From: Candidatus Marinacidobacterales bacterium
GTDB taxonomy: Bacteria; Acidobacteriota; Vicinamibacteria; Marinacidobacterales; DATDRI01
Reading direction: 5' to 3'
DNA: 64,000 nt
Assembly: GCA_965226495.1 (NCBI GenBank)
Contig: OZ245365.1
Location: 4,928,001-4,992,000 of the forward strand
Shown: positions 29,537-38,930 of the stretch, piece after piece
Layout of the letters: every line of letters starts with the position of its first letter
How positions within the stretch are numbered: the first letter of the stretch is position 1
Notes under the pieces: generated by a model
What the model was told of the DNA's origin: nothing
Databases searched by the model: none
Seen by the model: the letters and a program-made list of their open reading frames with translations, nothing else
Program-made: the position numbers and the translations under genes

Positions 29537-30973
29537 CTACGGGAGTGGCTGGCCTCGGTGCGCCTCCCACCAGGTTCGCCATCGGGCAACGGCCTGTGCC
29601 TTACCTGTTTCCTCTCCCTGCGCATCGAAGCCAACGTCCTCACCGGTCGCCTGACCGAGCGCTTGAGCGGCCTGTGCCTGCAAGAACACCGGCGTGTCGG
29701 ATTCCAGAAGCTCTATCAGAGCCTCGATTCCAAGTATGTTGCGGCGAGCCAGAAGCGCTTCGGCGCCCCGAAGGCGTACCCAAGGATCGTCGGCGTGATA
29801 GGCAATCTCTTCCAAGAGCTCGTCGACATCGGCCCCCTCAGGTGCCCGAGCCAATGCCTTGACCGCGTTCTCACTCACCGGCAACTCACCGGTAGCCATC
29901 ATGCGGTGGACTTCTTCCTTCACCGACAAGAGCCGTGATATCGCATCGGCCGGCGGCTCCCCCTGGGAGTCTGCCATCTCGGCGAGCGCTTGGGTGGCAA
30001 GCTCGGCGGGATCCTGTGATGGCGCGGAGAAGGCACCCTCAGAAGGATGATGTGCGTCGCCCTCCGACATCGCGGCGGTACTAAAAGCTAGCCACAATCC
30101 GCCAACCAGCACCGTCCCAGTCGCCCCGACCTTCATCAGAGCGGCAAGCTTCTGTTCGGCCCCTATGAGATAGCGGATCACTCCGGCCAGAACGAGCCCG
30201 CCACCGAAGGTACAAACCACGGCCGGGCCGCTGGGAAGGTCGTACGCGAAGGATAGCGAGAGGCCGACCATGCTGACGAACGTTCCCACGACCCAGCCGA
30301 CGATCAGGCGGCCGGCGATGCTGCGGGCGAACAGCATCGCGATCACCGTGGGGATGATCAAGAAAGAAAAAACCAACAGGATCCCTGCCACCGGCACACT
30401 GTAGGTAATGACTAAACCGAAGGAAGTGTAGAAGAGAAAATCCCACCAACGCACACTCCATCCCTCGGTCTCCGCTCGCTCCGGCTCGAGTGACAGAGCC
30501 AGGAACCGGCGCCGGAACTGCCAGTGGAAGAGGCCAATCAAAACATAAGCGATCGAGGTCTTGATGATAAGCGGCCACGTCACCCATAGGAGCGCACCGG
30601 TCAACATCGCCTCGACGAACTCCGCACCGTGCGGCGACTGGTCGGCGATCAGAATCCCGCCCGCCGACGCGACGGCGAACGAGATACCGATGATCGCCTC
30701 TTTCGGGATGCGTTGTTCTGACAACCGCAAGACCGAGAAGACCCCCGCAGCGATGAACGCGAAGAGCAACGAGTAGAGGTAGCTCGCCGTCCCGTTAGGC
30801 TCGTAGCCCAACAGGAATGCAAAGGTTGCCCCAAGTGCGGCGATCTGCGCCAGGGCGAGATCGACAAAGATCACGCCGCGGGAAACCACATGGAGACCGA
30901 GGTAAACGTGGATCCCCATCAACACCAGGCAGGCGACGAAAGGCGCCAGCAGGACCTCGAACGCCAGTTCCAT
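29537..30973 (-). CDS. Metal (Zn/Mn-type) ABC permease with C-terminal HEAT-like extension
   Basis: GLHVVSRGVIFVDLALAQIAALG, GILLVFSFLIIP and DLPSGPAVV, then ~170 aa of helical repeats. Confidence 0.85.
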   Translation of the reverse strand: MELAFEVLLAPFVACLVLMGIHVYLGLHVVSRGVIFVDLALAQIAALGATFAFLLGYEPNGTASYLYSLLFAFIAAGVFSVLRLSEQRIPKEAIIGISFAVASAGGILIADQSPHGAEFVEAMLTGALLWVTWPLIIKTSIAYVLIGLFHWQFRRRFLALSLEPERAETEGWSVRWWDFLFYTSFGLVITYSVPVAGILLVFSFLIIPTVIAMLFARSIAGRLIVGWVVGTFVSMVGLSLSFAYDLPSGPAVVCTFGGGLVLAGVIRYLIGAEQKLAALMKVGATGTVLVGGLWLAFSTAAMSEGDAHHPSEGAFSAPSQDPAELATQALAEMADSQGEPPADAISRLLSVKEEVHRMMATGELPVSENAVKALARAPEGADVDELLEEIAYHADDPWVRLRGAEALLARRNILGIEALIELLESDTPVFLQAQAAQALGQATGEDVGFDAQGEETGKAQAVARWRTWWEAHRGQPLP

Positions 30974-30981
30974 GATCTCTC

Positions 30982-32061
30982 CTAATCAGCCTGGCACTCG
31001 GGAAAGCCGGACTTCATCATGGCGATCCAGGTGTCCACGAGTGAAAAATAACTCGATGTCTCTTCCGACCCTCCGGTGTACTGAGGGGCGTACAGGAACT
31101 TCGCACCGGTACGCTCGGCCATCAAGGTTGGAATCCGCTCATCGAAGTAATCGGCGACCCAAAGCACCTGAATCTTCTCGGTGTGCATGAGCGCGATTAG
31201 GTCGGCAACGTGGGAGGCCGAGGGCGGGATCCCGGGACGTCGCTCCACGTAGTTCGCGATCTCGATACCGAATCGGTCGGTGAAATAGATCCAGTTCAGA
31301 TGATACGCGACGATACGCATGCCGCGGAGACATTCCGCCTCCTTCATCCACCCCCCCAGCTTCGAGGTCAGAGATTGGCCACCCATTTCGTTGCTCTCGA
31401 GGAAGGGCAAAAGCTCATGTCGCATTTCGAGCTTGGCCAGCTTGTCGCCGCCTACGAGCTCGACCAACTCGCGGCCGAACATCCGCGCGTAGATCCCGCG
31501 TTTGAAGTCCTGAAACCGCTCTTCGTAATAAGTAGCGTTGTCCGGGTCGACGTTGCGGAGCCCGGTCTGGATGTTCTTGGCGACGACCACCGCCCGCAAG
31601 GGATCGGTGTGGATGTGGGGGTTGCCGAAAATGTGGATATCCCCTCCCGCCCGGCTCGGGCTGTCTGGCACTTGAAGCATCGGCACGCCGGTCGAAACGG
31701 AAACGTACCCGATCTCGCCTTCGCGGATGCGAGGGTTGCGAGACTTGTCTATCACCGCTGGCATCCACATCTCGAGGTCGAGGCCGGTGGTGACCAAGAG
31801 GTCGGCTCGATTTATCATCATGGCGAAGCTAGGCTTCGCCTGAACGAAGTGAGCATCCTGGCGAGGCGCAGCGATGGCGGATACCTCCCCGCGCTCACCG
31901 AGAATCTCCTTGGCGATATCAGCGTACACCGTGAGTGACGCGACGACACTGAGGTCATCCTTTGGCCGTGCGTCCAATGCCGTGATGCCGAGTACGGAGC
32001 ACGCGAAGAGCGCCACAAGACAAGGTGTGGAGAATGAAGTCACGACTTTCAACCCTCTCAT
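30982..32061 (-). CDS. Metal ABC substrate-binding protein (ZnuA/TroA family)
   Basis: QDAHF, GLDLE.W, DIH..GNPHIHTDP, YH and PGIPPSASH. Start placed at ATG 32061, adjacent to the upstream stop. Confidence 0.9.
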   Translation of the reverse strand: MRGLKVVTSFSTPCLVALFACSVLGITALDARPKDDLSVVASLTVYADIAKEILGERGEVSAIAAPRQDAHFVQAKPSFAMMINRADLLVTTGLDLEMWMPAVIDKSRNPRIREGEIGYVSVSTGVPMLQVPDSPSRAGGDIHIFGNPHIHTDPLRAVVVAKNIQTGLRNVDPDNATYYEERFQDFKRGIYARMFGRELVELVGGDKLAKLEMRHELLPFLESNEMGGQSLTSKLGGWMKEAECLRGMRIVAYHLNWIYFTDRFGIEIANYVERRPGIPPSASHVADLIALMHTEKIQVLWVADYFDERIPTLMAERTGAKFLYAPQYTGGSEETSSYFSLVDTWIAMMKSGFPECQAD

Positions 32062-32062
32062 C

Positions 32063-33451
32063 TTAATACCTTTCATGCTTGTGGGGCCCGAGAGCCCAGG
32101 TGACTTGAAAGAAGAGGAGGTTCTCGGCCTCTGGCTCCTCGAACATACGTGAGCTATGTGAGTATTGGACGCGAAGGCGCACCCACTCGCTCTGCCACCA
32201 ATCCACATAGGGAGAAACCCCCCAAAGGCTGGAACCCGGCTCCTCGGGTAAGTCGGTCCAGTCACCGCGCAACCCTACGAACAACCGACGGTTGAGCTTA
32301 TAGGTCGCAAAGGCGTAAGTACCGAAACTATCCTGCCGTCGCTCCGCCTCCTCTCGCCTCTGCCAGAGAAACTCTCCCCGTAGCTCGAGACCCTTATACA
32401 GGGACTCGGCCGGTGGATTCCACGCCACGTTCCAGTCGGTGCCCACGACCCACGTACGGAAGTCGCCGAGTTCGTCGTTGACCCCGGTCGATGCGGAAAT
32501 CCCAACTTCTAGATAAGTCGCCTCCGAGAGATCCCAATAATTCGTCTCGTGAAGTGTGACGACGGGCGCATCGAAGCCTCGACCCGAAAAACTGACATCG
32601 TTCTCATCGTTGGTCACCTGGAACCAGAGCTCGTTGTAATCCCCCAGAACGGCTCCGGGCAACCAGGAAAGCCCGACTCCCGTGCCTCGGAGTCCTTCAT
32701 CTCCGAAGAACGACTGATGCACCAGCGGTCGAACCGACTGCGGCAAGGCGTGTTGGTGCCAACGATTCAACTTTCCAAAATCATTACGGAAGGCGCCGAA
32801 TTTCAATCCGAGGCCTGCCGGTAACGCCGTCCAATCTATGAACGCCTCTTCGAGCGCGAACTCACCTTCCTCGAAAACAACGAACGCCTTCGCCGAGGAG
32901 AAAGGGTCGAGAGGCGCCTGGAACGCCATCTCGAACTCGGCGATGCGAAACTGATTGCTTTCAGGGTTGCCGCTGTCATCCGAGAGCTGGAGAAACGTGT
33001 CACCGGTCACTGAGATCTCCGGATTGAGCTTGTTGAGATTACGGCTCTTCCCGGTGAAGGTACGCTCCGGAGTCGGCGCTAGCTCGTCTTGGCCGGCGGT
33101 CGTAGCGCTACCGGTACGTTGTCCCTCGCCCTCTCCCAGTATTCCGGCTAGCTCCGCCTCTAAAGATGCCCTCTCTTCCGCGTCTAGCGACGGTTCGCTT
33201 TCTCCCTCCGCCGGCGCCGCCTTATCGAGTGCGACAGGTTTCTCTAGCTTCTCTTCCAGGGCGGCGAGGCGAGTCCCGTATTCCCTCTGCAGTGAATCGA
33301 GCGCCGACTCGAGTGCCGCAATGCGTTGCTGTAGCGCGGCAACCTGCTCACCGTCCTCCTGAGTCGCAGCGGCCCCGGTCCCTGGCGACGCGGCGGTCAA
33401 ACAAAGTGCTAAGACCAAATTCTCTACCACATGGATCGATTTTTTTTTCAT
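32063..33451 (-). CDS. Putative outer-membrane beta-barrel/porin associated with metal uptake
   Basis: Signal peptide, coiled coil, NPEISV, FGKLNRWHQH, amphipathic strands and C-terminal GPHKH. Confidence 0.7.
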   Translation of the reverse strand: MKKKSIHVVENLVLALCLTAASPGTGAAATQEDGEQVAALQQRIAALESALDSLQREYGTRLAALEEKLEKPVALDKAAPAEGESEPSLDAEERASLEAELAGILGEGEGQRTGSATTAGQDELAPTPERTFTGKSRNLNKLNPEISVTGDTFLQLSDDSGNPESNQFRIAEFEMAFQAPLDPFSSAKAFVVFEEGEFALEEAFIDWTALPAGLGLKFGAFRNDFGKLNRWHQHALPQSVRPLVHQSFFGDEGLRGTGVGLSWLPGAVLGDYNELWFQVTNDENDVSFSGRGFDAPVVTLHETNYWDLSEATYLEVGISASTGVNDELGDFRTWVVGTDWNVAWNPPAESLYKGLELRGEFLWQRREEAERRQDSFGTYAFATYKLNRRLFVGLRGDWTDLPEEPGSSLWGVSPYVDWWQSEWVRLRVQYSHSSRMFEEPEAENLLFFQVTWALGPHKHERY

Positions 33452-33585
33452 CGCTTGTTCCTTTTTCTTTGTGCCCTCTACGCGTTGCAATACTTCGCAA
33501 CCGGCAAACTGCCGCGCCACTGGGAAGAGCGAGCTTGGTTGCGGACGCCATCCTGCTCGCATTCAGCGAGCGAGGAGAAGTGAAG

Positions 33586-33954
33586 CTATGCGGTAAGTGG
33601 AGGAGAGCGAGAGAGGCGGAAAAAACCGGTGAAGTGAGGTGTGATTCCACGGGAAAGAGCACCGGTGGCAGCGGGAGTGAACAGCGGTACCGTCAGACGC
33701 AAGCTGACGTGCAGCGCCCCCTTGAATGTTTTGCAGACCACGCAAACGTGGGCAGGGTCGACCGCGCGAGAGTGATCGGATACCAGACCATAGCCGTTTC
33801 CGGGTTGGCAATTCTCGCCGTCACTCGACGCTTGGACCGAAAACGGACCTACGTTCTCCTTGAGCAAGTGAGAGGGGGAGAGCCAACCCGATGCGGCGAC
33901 GAGGCCGACCAAAATCAAAGCGAATATCGCCGGGAAGGAACGCTGGTTGCGCAC
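33586..33954 (-). CDS. DUF2946-like small protein (CxxC + RSPP), candidate regulatory upstream ORF
   Basis: N-terminal hydrophobic segment, HVCVVCK and C-terminal RSPP; heads the metal-uptake operon. Confidence 0.65.
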   Translation of the reverse strand: MRNQRSFPAIFALILVGLVAASGWLSPSHLLKENVGPFSVQASSDGENCQPGNGYGLVSDHSRAVDPAHVCVVCKTFKGALHVSLRLTVPLFTPAATGALSRGITPHFTGFFRLSRSPPLTA

Positions 33955-34007
33955 GGTCTTAACCTAAACTCAAAGTAGCATGCGGTCGCGAACGGATCAA
34001 CTTAGGG

Positions 34008-34045
34008 AGCCAAACTACTAGCCAAACTATTGGCCAAACTATTGG
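34008..34045. repeat. 12-bp tandem repeat (gccaaactaytr x3)
   Basis: gccaaactacta gccaaactattg gccaaactattg. Confidence 0.8.
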
Positions 34046-34059
34046 AACGCGGCTAGGGA

Positions 34060-35076
34060 TCAGACGGTTTCGGCTGTTCCCGCACCCACACCCCGGGAGC
34101 CAGGCTGACCCACACGGTAAGGCGCGTCGGTCTGAGGCGAGCGCCAGTTGTCGAACAAGCCGATGATCTGCACGCAAGCCAGGGTGCAATACGGGGCACA
34201 GTTTTTCGGCGTGGAGAACTCTCGACGAATATCTTGCTTCGTATATTGCTCGAGCAGCACATCGGGGTAGCCTCTTTGCTGCGAGCAATAATGCACCCGC
34301 CCGTCCTCGCAGATATAGAAATAACGCGCACCGGCTCTACATCGCCACTCGTTGGGCTTCCCGTGGGCCAAGTTCTCTCGGAACTGAGTGAAGCGCGCGT
34401 AGCTTCGCTTCCCGTGCTCCCGCAGACGATCGTAGACACTCATCTCACTATCGTTCAATCGCTTGAGACGACCGCGCTCGTTGTGGATGATCCCGAGCGT
34501 GGTGCTGAAGCCGAGCTCGACGGCGCGTTCGGATACGGTGATGGCGTCTTCCGGATTTTTTATGCCGCCACCAATGACCGAATTGAGGTTCACGTAGAAC
34601 TCTGCATGGCGACGCAGGTTCTCCAGCTTGGAATCCAAAACCTTCAGACTCTTCTTGGAGACTTCATCCGGGTTGACGTTGTCGATGGAAATCTGAAGGT
34701 GCTGCAAGCCAGCCTCGTTCAGCCGCTGGATCCGCTCCGGTGTCAGGAAATAGCCGTTTGTAATAAGACCCGCAATCATCCCGCGGCGGCGAATATGGCT
34801 AATGATTTCGTCGAGCTCAGGATGAAGGGTCGGTTCTCCCCCACTGATGGTGATGATGGTGGTCCCCAGCGACGCGAGGTGATCCAGACGTCGTTTCATC
34901 TCTTCCAAGGGAACCGGCTCCGAAAAATCGTCGAACTCGTTGCAATAGGTACAGGCGAGATTGCAGCGCCGCATCGGCACAATGTGGACCAGGATCGGGT
35001 GGCGCTTGGAGAGTAGCCCCCGGGCGATCATCCGAAATTCAGTCAGCCGGATTCTTACCTTGTTTCTAGTCTTCAT
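34060..35076 (-). CDS. Radical SAM protein with C-terminal Cys-rich (twitch/SPASM-like) domain
   Basis: [20 protein letters not shown] and CRAG...C...C..YC...C; start uncertain. Confidence 0.88.
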   Translation of the reverse strand: MKTRNKVRIRLTEFRMIARGLLSKRHPILVHIVPMRRCNLACTYCNEFDDFSEPVPLEEMKRRLDHLASLGTTIITISGGEPTLHPELDEIISHIRRRGMIAGLITNGYFLTPERIQRLNEAGLQHLQISIDNVNPDEVSKKSLKVLDSKLENLRRHAEFYVNLNSVIGGGIKNPEDAITVSERAVELGFSTTLGIIHNERGRLKRLNDSEMSVYDRLREHGKRSYARFTQFRENLAHGKPNEWRCRAGARYFYICEDGRVHYCSQQRGYPDVLLEQYTKQDIRREFSTPKNCAPYCTLACVQIIGLFDNWRSPQTDAPYRVGQPGSRGVGAGTAETV

Positions 35077-35213
35077 AAGCCAGATCTGGGAGGGGCTAGG
35101 CCCCAACAATTTCTCTAAATATTACCGTTTCCCGCGAAAGGGTCAAGCGGTCACCGATGAATGGGCCACGCCGGTGCGAAGCAGACCGTTTCGTCCTCTT
35201 TTCTAGGGCGGGT

Positions 35214-35864
35214 TTATTCCCTGCTGATTATCTCGACGCCGGGGGGTAGCTCGAGCTCGAAGACCTTGGGGGGGAGAGGCCCGTTCACACGAACGTCCTG
35301 GAATTCCAAAATCGTCGTGTCCTTGTTCAGCTCGTGGAACACCGTGCGGTCCGGAGTCCAGTTCTCTTTGTTGAGTGTCATGTCGATGGCGGCAAAGAGC
35401 GAGGCTGCGGAGTCCGGTTTCGGAACCAGCTTCAGAACCACCTGCAGGTCATCCTCTCCGACGAGACTCACGTCATAGTGCTTACCAATCTCGGCATTCG
35501 ATTTCCCGAACCCGATGAGCAGATCGGTGCCGGCCCCTCGCTTTTGTCCCTGCTTGAACTCCTGAGCCTGATGGGCGATGGGGTTATAGAGCAAAATCTT
35601 GTCGTCTTTTACGAGGAGCACTTTGCTGTCTGGGGGAGCGTACTCCCACCGAATGTTCCCAGGGACCTTCATGTACAGTTTGCCCGAGCTCTTTTCTTCC
35701 TCTTCCAAGATGTGGTCATGGTTCGTCTGCTCGAAGTCGGCTGCGAGAGTCTCGAGACTGTCACCTGCCTTGCCCATGGCAGCCAGGATCTCCTCCAGAC
35801 GGTCGAGGCCAAATGAAGAGCTGGCGGTGAGGAAGAAAATAGCAAATGTGGCGAGAAGCGTCAT
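35214..35864 (-). CDS. lolA: Outer-membrane lipoprotein carrier LolA family
   Basis: Signal peptide, ADFEQ, PGNIRWEY and C-terminal F.LELPPGVEI. Confidence 0.8.
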   Translation of the reverse strand: MTLLATFAIFFLTASSSFGLDRLEEILAAMGKAGDSLETLAADFEQTNHDHILEEEEKSSGKLYMKVPGNIRWEYAPPDSKVLLVKDDKILLYNPIAHQAQEFKQGQKRGAGTDLLIGFGKSNAEIGKHYDVSLVGEDDLQVVLKLVPKPDSAASLFAAIDMTLNKENWTPDRTVFHELNKDTTILEFQDVRVNGPLPPKVFELELPPGVEIISRE

Positions 35865-35898
35865 GGCTTTATCCGCTTCATCGCTTTGCGGGCGACTC

Positions 35899-36621
35899 TT
35901 AGCCTACCTCGCCGGTATTCACCAAGTGGGGAGCGTTGGCGTGGTCGACGACCCGTCCGTCCAGCATCTCGATCAAACGATGCCCGACTTCCGCCGCCTC
36001 CGGGTTATGCGTGATCATCACGATGGTCTGCTTTTTCCTACGGTTGAGATCGACGAGCAGCTCCAATACCTGACGGGAGTTTTCGGAGTCGAGGTTTCCG
36101 GTTGGCTCGTCGGCCAGAATGATTGCGGGATGGTTCACCAACGCGCGGGCCAGAGCGACTCGCTGCTGCTCGCCAACCGAAAGCTCGAGCGGTTTGTGAT
36201 GAAGCTTGTGGGCCAAACCTACGAGGTCCATCAGCTCTGCGATCTCGCCTCCACCCGGGTGTCCATTGCCGAAGATCTGCTGCGCGATCTCGATGTTTCC
36301 CTGCACGGTCAGCGTCGGCAGGAGATTGAAACGCTGAAACACGAAGCCGATCTTTTTCCGGCGGAGAAGAGTGCGCTCGGCGTCGTTGGCGAGGCTGAGA
36401 TCTTTGCCATCAACGATGACTCTGCCGGAGCTAGGACGCGCCAAGCCACCCATCAGGTGAAGTAGCGTGGACTTGCCGCACCCAGAAGGGCCCATGATCG
36501 AAACGAACTCACCGGCCTGGATCTCGACATTGACTCCTCGGAGAGCCGGGACCTCCACCTTCCCGACCTTATAAATCTTCCGAAGGTCGACGACTTTGAG
36601 AATGCTTCCGGTCGATTCCAT
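35899..36621 (-). CDS. ABC transporter ATP-binding protein (LolD/MacB type)
   Basis: [33 protein letters not shown] and ITH. Confidence 0.93.
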   Translation of the reverse strand: MESTGSILKVVDLRKIYKVGKVEVPALRGVNVEIQAGEFVSIMGPSGCGKSTLLHLMGGLARPSSGRVIVDGKDLSLANDAERTLLRRKKIGFVFQRFNLLPTLTVQGNIEIAQQIFGNGHPGGGEIAELMDLVGLAHKLHHKPLELSVGEQQRVALARALVNHPAIILADEPTGNLDSENSRQVLELLVDLNRRKKQTIVMITHNPEAAEVGHRLIEMLDGRVVDHANAPHLVNTGEVG

Positions 36622-36634
36622 TACGCGGTTCTAG

Positions 36635-37741
36635 CTACTCGTAGTTCAGGGCTTCTACCGGATCCAGCTTAGCGGCACGATAGGCAGGGTACAAGGCCCC
36701 CAACAACCCGCCACAGATGCCCAGAAGTGCGGCGATGACGAACTGACTCGGGACGAGAGAAACGGTGAGGGTCGGAAACAAGATCAGTATGGTGAAACGA
36801 CCCAACAGAGAAAAGCCATAACCAACGACCACACCGATAAGGCATATGAGGAACGACTCGGTGATGACCAGCCGGATGATGTACATCTTGCCGGCTCCCA
36901 GCGCCTTCAGCACACCGATCTCTCTCGTTCGCTCGATGATCGATGTGTACATGGCCAACAGAATCACCAAGAAGCTGATGAGGACGGCGAGGAATGAGAG
37001 CACTCGGACGAATTGCTTCAGACCCAGCGCGTTTTCCCTGAGCTCTTCCACGAATCCTTCCATGGCCGTCACTTTGTAACCCTCGAATTTCTTTTCGAGC
37101 GCGGCGGCCACTTCACCCACGTCGCGCCCTTCGTTGACCCTGATCATGAAGAGCGACACCTTGCCCGGCTGGCCGCTCCCTTCCTGGAGCGTGGCGAGGT
37201 CCATATAGATGCGAACCCCGGCGCCGGCCTTACAGATACCGGCAATTTCGAAGTCCTGGCCCATCATGGGAATGCGATCTCCAAGGTCCAGCTGGTCGGC
37301 ACTCGAAAGCACGGTATCAATGATAAGGTCGTCGGGTTTTTGGAACGCCGTGCCGTCCACGATCTGCACCCCATTGCCGATTTGATTATAGGTATCCAGG
37401 TCGACTCCAAAGATCGAGACCAACTTCTTGGTCCCTTTGATGCTCATTATCCGCCAGAGCAAGACGGGAGCAACGGCCCTCACTCCATCCACTTCCCCCA
37501 GTTTCTCTCCCAAGCGTTCCGACATCACACCCGTATTGAGAACCAGAAACGGAGAGGAGTCCGGGCCCATGAACATGATGTCCGCTCCCACATTTGTGAT
37601 CCGATCGGCGTACTCGTTGAGCGATCCATCCGCCAAGCCCACGATGACTAGGACCATCGAGACCCCCAACGCCACCGACAAAATGCCGATACCGGTCCGG
37701 GTCTTGCGGTAAAAGATGTTGGAGAGGGGGAGATTGGCCAT
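36635..37741 (-). CDS. ABC transporter permease (FtsX/MacB type)
   Basis: ERTREIGVLKALGA and YPAYRAAKLDPVEAL. Confidence 0.92.
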   Translation of the reverse strand: MANLPLSNIFYRKTRTGIGILSVALGVSMVLVIVGLADGSLNEYADRITNVGADIMFMGPDSSPFLVLNTGVMSERLGEKLGEVDGVRAVAPVLLWRIMSIKGTKKLVSIFGVDLDTYNQIGNGVQIVDGTAFQKPDDLIIDTVLSSADQLDLGDRIPMMGQDFEIAGICKAGAGVRIYMDLATLQEGSGQPGKVSLFMIRVNEGRDVGEVAAALEKKFEGYKVTAMEGFVEELRENALGLKQFVRVLSFLAVLISFLVILLAMYTSIIERTREIGVLKALGAGKMYIIRLVITESFLICLIGVVVGYGFSLLGRFTILILFPTLTVSLVPSQFVIAALLGICGGLLGALYPAYRAAKLDPVEALNYE

Positions 37742-37961
37742 GTGATTAACGGGATTCCTAGTGGGGGTTGATATGAATCCGATCCAAGAATATCGTCAGT
37801 TGCAAACTTACTATGCTAACAAAGACGAAAGGCAGGATCAACCGCAGTCGGCACCGCCGTCTGACGAGCTGGCTAGAAGCTTTTTACTCACCGTCCTATA
37901 GTGAGCCCACGCTTGGTGAGCCCACGCTGTCGCGAAAAGGAAGCGGAGACAGGAGTCGTCG

Positions 37962-38930
37962 ATGAAAGCGATCAGAATTCATCGGGCCGGAGGCCCGGAA
38001 ACGTTGCAGTTAGAAGACGTTCCGCAGCCGGAACCGGCTCGCGAGGAGGTCCGGGTTCGCCTCGAGGCCATTGGCGTCAACTATATCGATACCTACCACC
38101 GCACAGGCCTCTATCCTTTGGATCTACCTTTCACTCCCGGAATCGAAGGCGCGGGAGTTGTGGAGGAGGTTGGGCCCGCGGTGGAAGACGTGCGCGTTGG
38201 CGATCGGGTGGCATTCGCGAACTCGCTCGGAGCCTATTGCGGGCAGAAAATCGTGGCGGCCAAGGCGTTAGCGAAACTACCCGAGGGAATGGAGTGTCGC
38301 ACCGCGGCGGCGGCCATGGTCCAAGGCATCACCGCACACTACCTTACCCGCTCCACGTTCCCTCTCCGGCCGGGCAACAAAGTTTTGGTCCACGCCGCCG
38401 CCGGCGGCGTCGGGTTGCTTCTCGTACAACTCGCGAAGCGTTTTGGCGCCACCGTTTTCGGTACTGTCGGAAACAAAGAGAAGGCCGAAGCGGCGACAGC
38501 CGCCGGGGCCGACCATGTGATCCTCTACACTCAGACGAACTTCGCCACCGAGATCGAGAAACTGACAAATGGAGAGGGAGTCGACGTGGTCTACGATTCG
38601 GTCGGTAAGGAGACCTACGAAAGGAGCATGGCCAGCCTGGTGCCTCGCGGCATGCTGGTTCTATTTGGAAACGCGAGCGGGCCGGTTCCTCCCATTGACC
38701 CTCTGGCTCTGGCAAAAGGCGGCTCGATCTTTCTAACCCGGCCGACGGTCGCCCACTACATTCGGGACCGGGGAGAGTTCCTCGGACGGGTAGAAGAGAT
38801 CTTCGCCTGGATCCAATCGGGTGAGCTCCGACTGACCATCGACCGCGCTCTACCTTTGTCCGAAGCCGCCGAAGCGCATCGGCTCTTGGAAGGCCGAACG
38901 ACGAAGGGCAAACTGCTACTGGTGCCCTGA
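37962..38930 (+). CDS. qor: NADPH:quinone oxidoreductase (zeta-crystallin family)
   Basis: [23 protein letters not shown] and GNASG. Confidence 0.9.
   Translation: MKAIRIHRAGGPETLQLEDVPQPEPAREEVRVRLEAIGVNYIDTYHRTGLYPLDLPFTPGIEGAGVVEEVGPAVEDVRVGDRVAFANSLGAYCGQKIVAAKALAKLPEGMECRTAAAAMVQGITAHYLTRSTFPLRPGNKVLVHAAAGGVGLLLVQLAKRFGATVFGTVGNKEKAEAATAAGADHVILYTQTNFATEIEKLTNGEGVDVVYDSVGKETYERSMASLVPRGMLVLFGNASGPVPPIDPLALAKGGSIFLTRPTVAHYIRDRGEFLGRVEEIFAWIQSGELRLTIDRALPLSEAAEAHRLLEGRTTKGKLLLVP

Noticed and set aside
32062-32265. N-terminal extensions given by the ORF track for the SBP (and similarly porin, PPOX, dtd, 54681 ORF)
   Set aside because: The extensions overlap upstream genes; downstream starts fit better with SD sequences, signal peptides or family N-termini.
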